NCBI GenBank assembly: GCA_965204415.1
Contig: CBDBEL010000003.1
Location: forward strand, 864,900-896,899
Reading direction: 5' to 3'
Origin: Candidatus Aldehydirespirator sp.
GTDB lineage: Bacteria; Actinomycetota; Acidimicrobiia; Acidimicrobiales; Aldehydirespiratoraceae
DNA: 32,000 nucleotides
Shown: piece after piece, positions 22,667 through 32,000 of the stretch
Layout of the letters: each line of letters starts with the position of its first letter
Position numbering within the stretch: position 1 is the first letter of the stretch
Program-made: the position numbers and the translations under genes
Notes under the pieces: generated by a model
Told to the model about the DNA's origin: nothing
The model's input: the letters and a program-made list of their open reading frames with translations, nothing else
Databases searched by the model: none

Positions 22667-23286
22667 AGGGAGGGGGCTGACCAGGCGTTGACGGCATCGA
22701 CTAGGGCGTCGATGAGGGTGCTTACCTGGGGGGCACGGGGAGTTCCGTCGTGGTCGGACCAGTTGCGGGCCTCCTTGTTCCAGCGGATGGTCGGCGGCAA
22801 CTCCAGCTGCACCCCTCCCTTCGGGGGAAGGTTCACCGGGTTGGCCTGGTGCAGTCCCCGCAGCCCCCGCGGAATCTCGTCGAGATCGTCGACCACGCCG
22901 TAGTCGGACGGCAGCGCGGCCCTCAGATGCCCGGCCAGATGGCCGGCGAGCCGCCGGTTGCTTCCCCCCAGCAGCACCTTCCAGAACTGGGTCTCGCGGC
23001 CGTAGCCGTGCACCGCGATGACCGTGTGGACGTGGTCGAGGAACTCCCGGAGGTTGCTGGAGTGCTCGGGCCTGATCGTGATGGAGGGCACGTGCTCGCG
23101 CAGTGGTGCGTGCTGGATGACCGCGTAGAACGAGGTTCCGCTGCGCTCGGCGACCTCCCGGGCGATCACGTCGGTGGTGCGCTCCAGGTTCCCGCCGTGG
23201 AACGCCATGATCCCGAAACGGGCCCGCAGCTCGCACACCTCGTCCACGCCCGGGTGGGCGAGCAGCGCCGGAAAGCCTCCGATCAA
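22654..23286 (-). CDS. poly-gamma-glutamate hydrolase family protein (DUF867/UPF0714)
   Basis: Blocks include FGIMAFHGGNLERTTDVIAREVAERSG, VIAVHGYG, LLGGSN and PVNLPPKGGVQLELP. I chose TTG 23286-23284, which overlaps the upstream TGA (TTGA) and gives 210 aa. The longer track ORF (to 23739) overlaps the CcdA-like gene out of frame. Confidence 0.7.
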   Translation of the reverse strand: MIGGFPALLAHPGVDEVCELRARFGIMAFHGGNLERTTDVIAREVAERSGTSFYAVIQHAPLREHVPSITIRPEHSSNLREFLDHVHTVIAVHGYGRETQFWKVLLGGSNRRLAGHLAGHLRAALPSDYGVVDDLDEIPRGLRGLHQANPVNLPPKGGVQLELPPTIRWNKEARNWSDHDGTPRAPQVSTLIDALVDAVNAWSAPSLKSL

Positions 23287-24455
23287 AGCGGCCGGTTCAA
23301 CGCGGTCGGCGCAGGGCGCCCCCGGCGCTTGACCCGTTTGGCCATCCTCCAGGCGATCCAGGCGACCAGGGCGGTGAACAGGATCTCCAGCGGCACCCCG
23401 AAGCGGAGCGGGTCGGTGAACCAGTGGCCGATCCGCAGCGGCCACCCGCCGACGAACCGCAGGACCGGCAGGACCACGAAGTCGCCCCGATTGAAGTAGA
23501 ACTCCACCACGAGGTACAGGGCCAGGTAGATCGCGGTCACAAAGCGGCGCAGGAACACGCTGGTCTCGCCCTGCCGCCACCCCATCACCAGCGCACCGAG
23601 CACCCCCAGAGCGCACAGCACGCCCAGGCGCTCCGCGGTGGCGTGGTCGATCCAGTTGCTGACCGCGGCCTGGAACTCGGTGAACTTCTCGACCAGGACG
23701 TTGGTGGCCAGCGGGTCGTCGAGTATCTGGAGCTCCCACCAGCCGTAGTTGGCCACGTAGACCCCGGACGCGATGAGCACCAGCCCGGAGATCGGATTGA
23801 TCCAGCGGAACATCTTCCGCATCGCGCCCACCACGCTGGTGCGGGCCAGCGCCAGTGCCAGCGTCAGGAAGGTCATGACCGCGCCCATCCCGATCGCGTA
23901 GGCCACGAAGTTGGCTGTCCCGTCAGCCACGCCGTCGGACGAGAAGCTGGTCGCCACCGCCGCAATGAACAGACCGATCGTGCATGACAGCGATACCACC
24001 GCGTAGCTGACGCCGAACATGAACACCGACCCGAGGCCCCGGCTGCCAGTGCCCCGGTTCATCTTGGGCAGTCGCAGGTTGATGGCACGCCCAGTGAGCA
24101 GCCACAGGCCCAGCAGCGCCATGATCACGCCGATGGCGATGGTCACGTAGCCGATGTGATCGAGCACGGTGCCCTGGCTGAGCACCGTCTCGAACAGCAG
24201 GCCGAAGGCACCGAAGACGGCGATGAAGCCGGCGGTGAGCGTGAGCGCCACTCCGATGGCTCGCAACATCGCGCCCAGCGTCCGGGCGCCCGAGGCCGGC
24301 TGCGAGTCCGGAGACTCCACGCCGATGAAGTACGACAGGTAGGCGGGCAGCAGGGCGAAGCCGCACGGGTTGAACGCGGCGACCAGGCCCAGAGAGAACG
24401 GGTAGGCGAGCGCGGCCCAGTCCATAGTCCTAAGAGGCCGAGCGGATGGACCCAT
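23283..24455 (-). CDS. ccdA: cytochrome c biogenesis CcdA/DsbD-family thiol-disulfide transporter with a ~150-aa extra C-terminal membrane domain
   Basis: The N-terminus has LGLVAAFNPCGFALLPAYLSYFIG and a second Cys helix, VSYAVVSLSCTIGLFIA. Additional TM helices follow about residue 240. ATG 24425 (MDWAAL) is an alternative start. Confidence 0.8.
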   Translation of the reverse strand: MGPSARPLRTMDWAALAYPFSLGLVAAFNPCGFALLPAYLSYFIGVESPDSQPASGARTLGAMLRAIGVALTLTAGFIAVFGAFGLLFETVLSQGTVLDHIGYVTIAIGVIMALLGLWLLTGRAINLRLPKMNRGTGSRGLGSVFMFGVSYAVVSLSCTIGLFIAAVATSFSSDGVADGTANFVAYAIGMGAVMTFLTLALALARTSVVGAMRKMFRWINPISGLVLIASGVYVANYGWWELQILDDPLATNVLVEKFTEFQAAVSNWIDHATAERLGVLCALGVLGALVMGWRQGETSVFLRRFVTAIYLALYLVVEFYFNRGDFVVLPVLRFVGGWPLRIGHWFTDPLRFGVPLEILFTALVAWIAWRMAKRVKRRGRPAPTALNRPL

Positions 24456-24578
24456 CCCGCTGGAGGTCTCCGCAGGGTGTGTAGCGAGGCCGTGGCCCTA
24501 GCGGCCCGTGAGCGCAGCGAACAAGAGCGGGAATGACAACGCCGCACTGCGAGACAATGGCGAGCAATCCAGGCATGC

Positions 24579-25199
24579 CTACGGTCTAGCCGCTACGCCG
24601 AGCACATTCTCGACTAGTTCGGCCAGCCCTTCGGCGTCGAGTGCTCCGGCGAAGGTGTCGAGCAGCTCGCCGGAGGGTGACACGAATGCGGTGGTGGGCA
24701 TGGCGATGCTCTCTGTCGCCCCGTAGACCTCTAGGTCGAGGTCCCAGCCCACGTCGTAGGTGACCCCCGTCCTCTCGACTAGGGCGAGCGCGTCTTCGGG
24801 CGTCTGGTCCTGCGAGAGCCCGAGGAACGCGACCTCGCCGTCGAGGCTCTCGAAGACTTGCTGGAACTCCGGCATCTCCCGCACGCAGGGCGGGCACCAC
24901 GACGCGAAGAAGTTCACCACCAGCGGCGTGCCCTCGTAGCCCGCGATCGTGCCGGTGCCGCCGTCGAAGAGGTCGAAGGTGAGCTCGGAGAGGTCGGTGC
25001 CGTCGGAGGTGTCGGGCGAGATGTCGGTGCCGGCCACGAAGCCCGGGCTGTCGTCGCTGAGCACGATCTTGGGGACCTGCTCGTCCGCGGGGGCGGCCCC
25101 CTCCCCGCCGCATGCCACCGCCGCTACCGCCATTACGGCGACAAGACCGGCGACGAGGCGGACCCGCGCCGGGGCCTGCAGCGGCGGCTTGACGCTCAT
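24579..25199 (-). CDS. TlpA/ResA-like thioredoxin-fold thiol-disulfide oxidoreductase, probable lipoprotein
   Basis: The active site is FFASWCPPCVREMPEF. The signal/lipobox is VAVMAVAAVACGG. I chose ATG 25199-25197 (MSVKPP). Confidence 0.85.
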   Translation of the reverse strand: MSVKPPLQAPARVRLVAGLVAVMAVAAVACGGEGAAPADEQVPKIVLSDDSPGFVAGTDISPDTSDGTDLSELTFDLFDGGTGTIAGYEGTPLVVNFFASWCPPCVREMPEFQQVFESLDGEVAFLGLSQDQTPEDALALVERTGVTYDVGWDLDLEVYGATESIAMPTTAFVSPSGELLDTFAGALDAEGLAELVENVLGVAARP

Positions 25200-25212
25200 G
25201 GTGCAGCCGACG

Positions 25213-25236
25213 GTACCGGTGCCGGCACCGGTGCCG
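25213..25236. repeat. 12-nt tandem duplication forming an 18-nt perfect palindrome in the MBL/ResA intercistronic gap
   Basis: ACCGGTGCCGGCACCGGT (25215-25232) equals its own reverse complement. It is embedded in ACCGGTGCCGGC x2. It lies 11 nt after the MBL stop and 16 nt before the ResA-like ATG. Confidence 0.5.
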
Positions 25237-25242
25237 GTGCGT

Positions 25243-26376
25243 TCAGGCCGCGTCGGCCGACCCTTCCGAAGGTCCGGCACCGGCGTGTTCGGGTGCCTTG
25301 GGCCCGTAGTGCAGCAAGCCGTCGCGGTCGCGGCTGCTGTCGGCCTCGCCGATCACCCGCAGATGCTCGAGATGGGCGAATGTCTCGCTGGCGGCCATGT
25401 CGCCCCAGGCCCGCTCGCTGAACAGCTCCTTCATGTAGGCCTCCACCGGAGCGTCGCCGAGCTCGGTGGCCGCCGCCCGCAGTATGTCGAGCCGCTCGAT
25501 GTGGTGGCGGCGGATGCTGTCGGTGCGGCCCCGCAGGTCGGTGAACGGGTGCCCGTGGGCGGGCAGGCACACTTTGACGCCCTCGAATGCCCCCACCCGG
25601 GCCAGCGAATCGAAGAAGGCCGCCAGCGGGTCGTCGAGGTCGGTCGATCCCGCTATGTGGGGCGTGATGGTGGGGAGCACGTGGTCCCCCGACAGCAGCA
25701 CGCCCTCGGCCGGATCCCACAGGCAGAGGTGGTCGACGGTGTGGCCGGGAGTGTGAACCGCGAACCAGTCCCGGCCCGCCAGCCGCACCGGGTCGCTGTC
25801 GGCGACCCGGATGGTCGGCTCGGGCACCCGGAAGCGGGGCACCTGGCCCTCGGCGTTGCTCTGGATGAACAGGCGGATGGCCTCGTCGGGGGGTGGCGCC
25901 CTGCGGGTGCCCCACGGCGTGCTGCCCCGATCGGCCAGCTTGGCCTTCCAGAGCTCGACCAGCGCCTCGGAGTCCAACTCAAGCAGCTCCAGGTCGATGT
26001 CGGCGTTGGCGTCGTCGGCCGCGGGGCTGGGCGTGAAGGCGGTGTGGGTCAGCAGTTCGGCGCCGGTCTCCTCGCGCAGCTGGTGGCTGCCGCCGTAGTG
26101 GTCCGGATGGGAGTGCGTGACCACGGTGGTGTGCACCCGCCGCAGGGGAATGCCGGCCTGCTCGAGCCGGTCGACCAGCGCCGACCACGACTCCTCGCCG
26201 GGCAGTCCGGGGTCCACCAGGGCTGCGCCGTCGGAGTCGACCAGCGCGTAGCAGTTGACGTGGCCTAGGCCTGGCATGCTCACCGGGAGCTGCAGCCGCA
26301 GCACCCCGGGCGCGACCTCGGTCACCTCCGAGGACGCGGGCTCCTGCTCCTGCTTGGTGTACGTCTTGGTGGTCAT
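25243..26376 (-). CDS. MBL-fold metallo-hydrolase
   Basis: 377 aa. It has the THSHPDHYGG metal-binding motif, with downstream HTPGHT and PAHG blocks. Its start overlaps the orn stop (ATGA). Confidence 0.85.
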   Translation of the reverse strand: MTTKTYTKQEQEPASSEVTEVAPGVLRLQLPVSMPGLGHVNCYALVDSDGAALVDPGLPGEESWSALVDRLEQAGIPLRRVHTTVVTHSHPDHYGGSHQLREETGAELLTHTAFTPSPAADDANADIDLELLELDSEALVELWKAKLADRGSTPWGTRRAPPPDEAIRLFIQSNAEGQVPRFRVPEPTIRVADSDPVRLAGRDWFAVHTPGHTVDHLCLWDPAEGVLLSGDHVLPTITPHIAGSTDLDDPLAAFFDSLARVGAFEGVKVCLPAHGHPFTDLRGRTDSIRRHHIERLDILRAAATELGDAPVEAYMKELFSERAWGDMAASETFAHLEHLRVIGEADSSRDRDGLLHYGPKAPEHAGAGPSEGSADAA

Positions 26377-26927
26377 GGTCGCGGCGGCGTCCCGGCGCCG
26401 ATGAACCCGGCCCGCCGGTACCAGCGCAGTTCCTCCAAGCTCTCGGTGATGTCGTCGAGCGCCCGGTGGCCGCTTGCCTTGGTGGGTGCACCCTCATACA
26501 CCGACGGCTGCCAGCGGCGGGCCAGCTCCTTCACGGTGGACACGTCGATGGACCGGTAGTGCAGGAAGTTCTCGATGTCCGGCAGGTGCCGGGCCAGGAA
26601 CCGGCGGTCGGTGCCGATGGAGTTGCCGCAGAGTGGGACGGTCCTCGGCTCGGCAATGTGGTCGCGCAGGAAGGCGAGCACCGACGCGCCGGCCTCGGCC
26701 AGGCTCACCGTCGAAGACCGGATCTGCTCCACAAGCCCGCTCTCGGTGTGCATGGCCCGAACGGTCTCGTCCATGCCGGCCAGGACCTCCTCGGGCTGAT
26801 GGATCACCAGGTCCGGTCCGATGGCCACCGTCTCGAGGTTGTCGTCGGTTATGAGGACGGCGATCTCGACGATGGAGTGGAGCCCGGGGTCGAGGCCGGT
26901 CATCTCCAGGTCCATCCACGCAAGCAC
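26373..26927 (-). CDS. orn: oligoribonuclease
   Basis: 184 aa DEDDh exonuclease. Blocks include AWMDLEMTGLDP, CGNSIGTDRRFL and HRALDDITESLEELRWYR. Confidence 0.9.
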   Translation of the reverse strand: MLAWMDLEMTGLDPGLHSIVEIAVLITDDNLETVAIGPDLVIHQPEEVLAGMDETVRAMHTESGLVEQIRSSTVSLAEAGASVLAFLRDHIAEPRTVPLCGNSIGTDRRFLARHLPDIENFLHYRSIDVSTVKELARRWQPSVYEGAPTKASGHRALDDITESLEELRWYRRAGFIGAGTPPRP

Positions 26928-26990
26928 CGCGGCAGGATAACGACGCCCGCCGCCCGCGACCCATGTGCTCGCGCCCTTGCAGATACTTGC

Positions 26991-27356
26991 TCAGAGATGC
27001 CTGATCTCTCGGAAGGTCCTTGGAAACAACTTGGTGTCCCAGGGATCCACCACCAGGCCCAGTCCTTCCAATGTGTAGGAGCCCAGCAGCGGCTCCACGC
27101 CCTCCTCCCCGAACACCACGATGGTCGTAACGCTGCGGCCGTCGATGGTGGCCCGGGCCTCGCCCAGGTCGTACTCGCCGACCCGGCCGTCGGCCAGCTC
27201 TAGGTGCACGCTGCGGGAGGGCGTCACCCCCAGTTCGGTGAGCTGGGACGCCGGCACCATCGTGTAGAAGGCGCCGGTGTCCACCAGCGCTTCGATCTCC
27301 AGCGAGCGTTCGCCGTCCATGCTCTCCAGCCGCAGCGGGCAGTTGAATGTGCCCAT
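26991..27356 (-). CDS. stand-alone retropepsin-like (clan AA) aspartic protease domain protein
   Basis: 121 aa. The catalytic-type motif is ALVDTGAFYTMVP, followed by beta-rich sequence and LLGSYTLEGLGLVVDP, as in single-domain bacterial retropepsins. Confidence 0.7.
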   Translation of the reverse strand: MGTFNCPLRLESMDGERSLEIEALVDTGAFYTMVPASQLTELGVTPSRSVHLELADGRVGEYDLGEARATIDGRSVTTIVVFGEEGVEPLLGSYTLEGLGLVVDPWDTKLFPRTFREIRHL

Positions 27357-27440
27357 ATCGCTTCCTTCCCTGGTCGAAGCCCTCGCCTGACAGCCTTTTT
27401 GGGGATTTATTGATATATGTCATGTTAATCAATGAATGAT
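27357..27440. promoter_or_regulatory. AT-rich divergent control region between the retropepsin-like gene and dut
   Basis: TTTTTGGGGATTTATTGATATATGTCATGTTAATCAATGAATGA is strongly AT-rich for this DNA. The inverted repeat ATTGAT (27409-27414) / ATCAAT (27428-27433) has a 13-nt spacer. Confidence 0.4.
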
Positions 27441-27503
27441 CCCGTTGCAACCAGGCGCGCGGGGGTTTCTGCCGTCAGGCCGGGCCGGCGCTACTCTCGG
27501 CCG

Positions 27504-27941
27504 GTGCTCGATGTTCCTATTCTGCGGCTCGACGCTGACCTGCCCCTGCCTGGCTATGCGAGGCCCGGCGACGCCGGAATCGACCTGAGGGCCCGTATCT
27601 CTACGGTGATCCAGCCGGACGGGGGCCGGGCGCTGGTGCCCACCGGGGTGGCCATCTCGCTGCCGGAGGGCTGCGCCGGCTTCGTGCTGCCCCGCAGCGG
27701 GCTGGCCCTCAAGCACGGCGTGACCTGTCTCAACACTCCCGGCTTGATCGACTCCGGCTACCGCGGCGAGCTGAAGGTGGTGCTGGTCAACACGGACCCG
27801 TCCGAGCCGTTCGTAGTTGAGCGGGGTGAGCGCATCGCCCAGTTCGTGGTGATGGCGGTCGAGCAGGTGCGGCTGGTGGAGGTGGACAGCCTCGACCCCT
27901 CGACGCGCGGCGACCAGGGATTCGGCTCGACCGGCCGCTGA
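27504..27941 (+). CDS. dut: dUTP diphosphatase
   Basis: LPLPGYARPGDAGIDL, LPRSGLALKHG, NTPGLIDSGYRGELKVVLVN, GERIAQ and the C-terminal RGDQGFGSTG are the five Dut motifs. I chose the GTG at 27504 by alignment to typical Dut N-termini. ATG 27432 is the alternative. Confidence 0.9.
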   Translation: MLDVPILRLDADLPLPGYARPGDAGIDLRARISTVIQPDGGRALVPTGVAISLPEGCAGFVLPRSGLALKHGVTCLNTPGLIDSGYRGELKVVLVNTDPSEPFVVERGERIAQFVVMAVEQVRLVEVDSLDPSTRGDQGFGSTGR

Positions 27942-28020
27942 AGTCTCAGGCTTGGAGTCTCAGGCTCGGGCATGAGGCTGGAAGTCTCAGGTTCGAGTCA
28001 GGCTTGGAGTGTCAAGCTGC
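27941..28020. repeat. degenerate ~14-bp tandem repeat array (consensus AGTCTCAGGCTTGG, 5-6 copies) in the convergent intergenic gap
   Basis: Successive units are AAGTCTCAGGCTTGG, AGTCTCAGGCTCGGG, (CATGAGGCTGG), AAGTCTCAGGTTCG, AGTCAGGCTTGG and AGTGTCAAGCTGCGG. The array runs between the dut stop and the stop of the minus-strand ORF. Confidence 0.6.
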
Positions 28021-28413
28021 GGGCCGGCTGCCGGGCCGGCCGATGTCCTTGCGCATCAGCAGCCGTCCCCTCTCGGGCTCCACTGTCGCCGTCACGTTGG
28101 AGGCATCGGCCGCCTTCTTGAACCGGGCCGCGTCGGTGGCCGGGACGCTGGCCCCGTCGGTGCGCTCCAAGTCCACCTCGAGGCGGCCTCCTTGGGCCCG
28201 GAGCACGCACACGATGGTGGCGTCGGGCCCGGCTGGCGGCGCGAGCAGCAGCGCAGTTGCCTGGTCCATGGCCGCTCGCAACTCGTCGATCTCGGTGAAC
28301 GACATGCCCTGACGCAACGCCACCGCGGCGGCGCCCACGCGCACGATCCGGCCGCAGGCGGCGGTGGCGGGCACCTTCAGGACTATCTCGTCGATGGCGA
28401 GCGCATCGCTCAC
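28012..28413 (-). CDS. hypothetical protein
   Basis: GC3-rich codon usage holds from GTG 28413 (VSDALAIDEIVLKVPATAACGRIVRVGAAAVALRQGMSFTEIDELRAAMDQATALLL...). The N-terminal pattern loosely recalls anti-sigma/HATPase-like proteins, but I see no ATP-binding motifs. The start is uncertain. Confidence 0.45.
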   Translation of the reverse strand: MSDALAIDEIVLKVPATAACGRIVRVGAAAVALRQGMSFTEIDELRAAMDQATALLLAPPAGPDATIVCVLRAQGGRLEVDLERTDGASVPATDAARFKKAADASNVTATVEPERGRLLMRKDIGRPGSRPAA

Positions 28414-28520
28414 ACCCCAAAGAATGCCACGGATCGGCAGGGATTGGCACGGTTGCTGCGGCTGGTGCCGGGCATTTGCGGGGCCGGGCGCCACCGGGGG
28501 CGCCGGTAGCCTGACCGGCG

Positions 28521-31035
<2,515 letters not shown>

Positions 31036-31054
31036 AGGTCGGCTGCCCAGCTTC

Positions 31055-31465
31055 CTAGGGGACGATCGTGAAGACTCCGCCGTCCAGTGGGCGCATCACA
31101 CTGAAGTGCTTACGGTCGAGTGTCAGGATCGTGCGCGTCCGGTAACGCTTGGCCAGAACGGCCAAGGAGGCGTCGGCCAGCCCGATGCCCAGGTCGGCAT
31201 ATCGCCTGACCACTCTCGTAGCCTCGGCCAGGTCCTCGGCATCCATCGCCGCCAGCTCGTAGGCACCGCCGGACAGCTCTGCCAGGACGGCCAACTCGGC
31301 CTCGACGCCCCTGCGGGTTGCGACCAGGTAGTCGACTTCGGCCATCACGTATGGGGACACCACCATTACCGGGTCGTTCCTGTCGAGCCATTCCACCACG
31401 GCGTCGTGCTGTGGGCCGGACTCGCTGAAGAAGGCGATGAGGCCGCTGGTGTCCGCGATGATCAT
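31055..31465 (-). CDS. vapC: PIN-domain type II toxin (VapC family)
   Basis: MIIADTSGLIAFF is followed by conserved acidic positions (..SPYVMAEVDYL.., ..GLADASLAVLA.., ..ILTLDRKHF). Its start overlaps the antitoxin stop (ATGA at 31462-31465). Confidence 0.85.
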   Translation of the reverse strand: MIIADTSGLIAFFSESGPQHDAVVEWLDRNDPVMVVSPYVMAEVDYLVATRRGVEAELAVLAELSGGAYELAAMDAEDLAEATRVVRRYADLGIGLADASLAVLAKRYRTRTILTLDRKHFSVMRPLDGGVFTIVP

Positions 31466-31671
31466 CGCTCGCCGAAGCCCTCCAGCAGTTCGTCGACATC
31501 CTCGGCCCACGAGCTGTCACCGGGGATGATCCCGGGTCGGGGCTTGGGACGGGACACTGCGTCCCGGATTGCCTGACGGATCACTTCCGCCTCCGAGCAC
31601 GAGCGCTGGCGAGCCTGGCGCTCGACGTCCCGCTTCAGGGAATCAGGCAGGTACACAGTCGTTTTCTGCAT
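31462..31671 (-). CDS. vapB: ribbon-helix-helix (CopG/VapB-type) antitoxin
   Basis: 69 aa. MQKTTVYLPDSLKRDVERQARQRSCSEAEVIRQAIRDAV is an RHH signature. It is translationally coupled to the PIN gene. Confidence 0.75.
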   Translation of the reverse strand: MQKTTVYLPDSLKRDVERQARQRSCSEAEVIRQAIRDAVSRPKPRPGIIPGDSSWAEDVDELLEGFGER

Positions 31672-31692
31672 GCCATATATGGTACCACTGCC

Positions 31693-32000
31693 CTACTTGG
31701 TCGGGCGGGGGCGGCTGGCGACGATGGCTGCGATCACGAGGCCGATGCCCAGCGCCTCCTGGGCGCTCGGCACCTGGGCCAGCGCGATCAGCCCCACTAC
31801 TGTGGCTGTCGCCGGCAGGATTGCCTGCAGCAGGGCGAAGCGGTGCGGGTCGATCCGGCGCATCACGGTCTGGTCGATCCGGTAGGGGATCACGTTGGAC
31901 AGCAGGCCGGTGGCCAGCCCGAGCGCGAGCACCAGCGGGGCGTCCAGCGCCCCGGCCACCGCGGCAGCGCCGAACGGGCTGATGGCCACCGCGCCGGCCA
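31693..32000 (-). CDS. EamA/DMT-family transporter, C-terminal part (5' end beyond the right window edge)
   Basis: The frame is open to the window edge. The hydrophobic C-terminal segment LGLATGLLSNVIPYRIDQTVMRRIDPHRFALLQAILPATATVVGLIALAQVPSAQEALGIGLVIAAIVAS resembles the second EamA repeat. Confidence 0.55.
   Translation of the reverse strand, partial: AGAVAISPFGAAAVAGALDAPLVLALGLATGLLSNVIPYRIDQTVMRRIDPHRFALLQAILPATATVVGLIALAQVPSAQEALGIGLVIAAIVASRPRPTK

Noticed and set aside
23287-23739. An extension of the DUF867 ORF to 361 aa.
   Set aside because: It overlaps the CcdA-like gene out of frame and is R/P/G-rich. DUF867 homology begins only near the TTG at 23286.
27982-28000. A tRNA-like T-loop sequence, GGTTCGAGTCA.
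   Set aside because: No acceptor, D or anticodon stems can be drawn around it. It is one unit of the degenerate 14-bp repeat array.

Overview
This is a high-GC, gene-dense chromosomal segment. It has actinobacterial hallmarks: a clpS-DUF2017 pair, an ask-asd pair and a lipoprotein-type CtaC. The lineage call is inference only. I saw no rRNA, tRNA, CRISPR array, transposase or integrase.

The core (about 3.4-14.5 kb) is a Bacillus-style caa3 cytochrome c oxidase locus. ctaA lies on the minus strand. ctaB, ctaC (with a fused cytochrome c domain), ctaD, ctaE, a small subunit IV and ctaG lie on the plus strand.

The most unusual feature is three tightly packed genes (6116-9070) inserted between ctaB and ctaC. 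They read like a second, metal-ligand-less set of oxidase subunits. One is subunit I-like, with 5 of the 6 canonical His ligands replaced. One is subunit III-like. One has a CtaF/subunit IV-like N-terminal half. No matching subunit II is present.

Other content:
- a partial MMPL transporter
- a KshA/Neverland-type Rieske oxygenase
- an ERG6/SMT-type (sterol C-24 methyltransferase family) methyltransferase
- OsmC and an FMO-like flavoprotein
- a long stand-alone KamA-family radical SAM protein
- serS, a SAM methyltransferase and pdxH
- a minus-strand run of orn, an MBL hydrolase, a ResA-like thioredoxin, an extended CcdA and a DUF867 protein
- a stand-alone retropepsin-like protease, dut, ask (with a probable internal beta-subunit start) and asd
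- two type II toxin-antitoxin pairs and a partial EamA transporter

Non-coding oddities include a perfect 71-bp tandem repeat (about 2.7 copies) between ask and asd. Its GGATTGGCA arm also occurs twice upstream of ask. There is a degenerate ~14-bp repeat array downstream of dut, and a duplicated stop/start cassette that creates a 12-codon relay ORF between serS and the next gene. Many long ORFs in the six-frame track are alternative-frame shadows typical of high-GC DNA and were not called.
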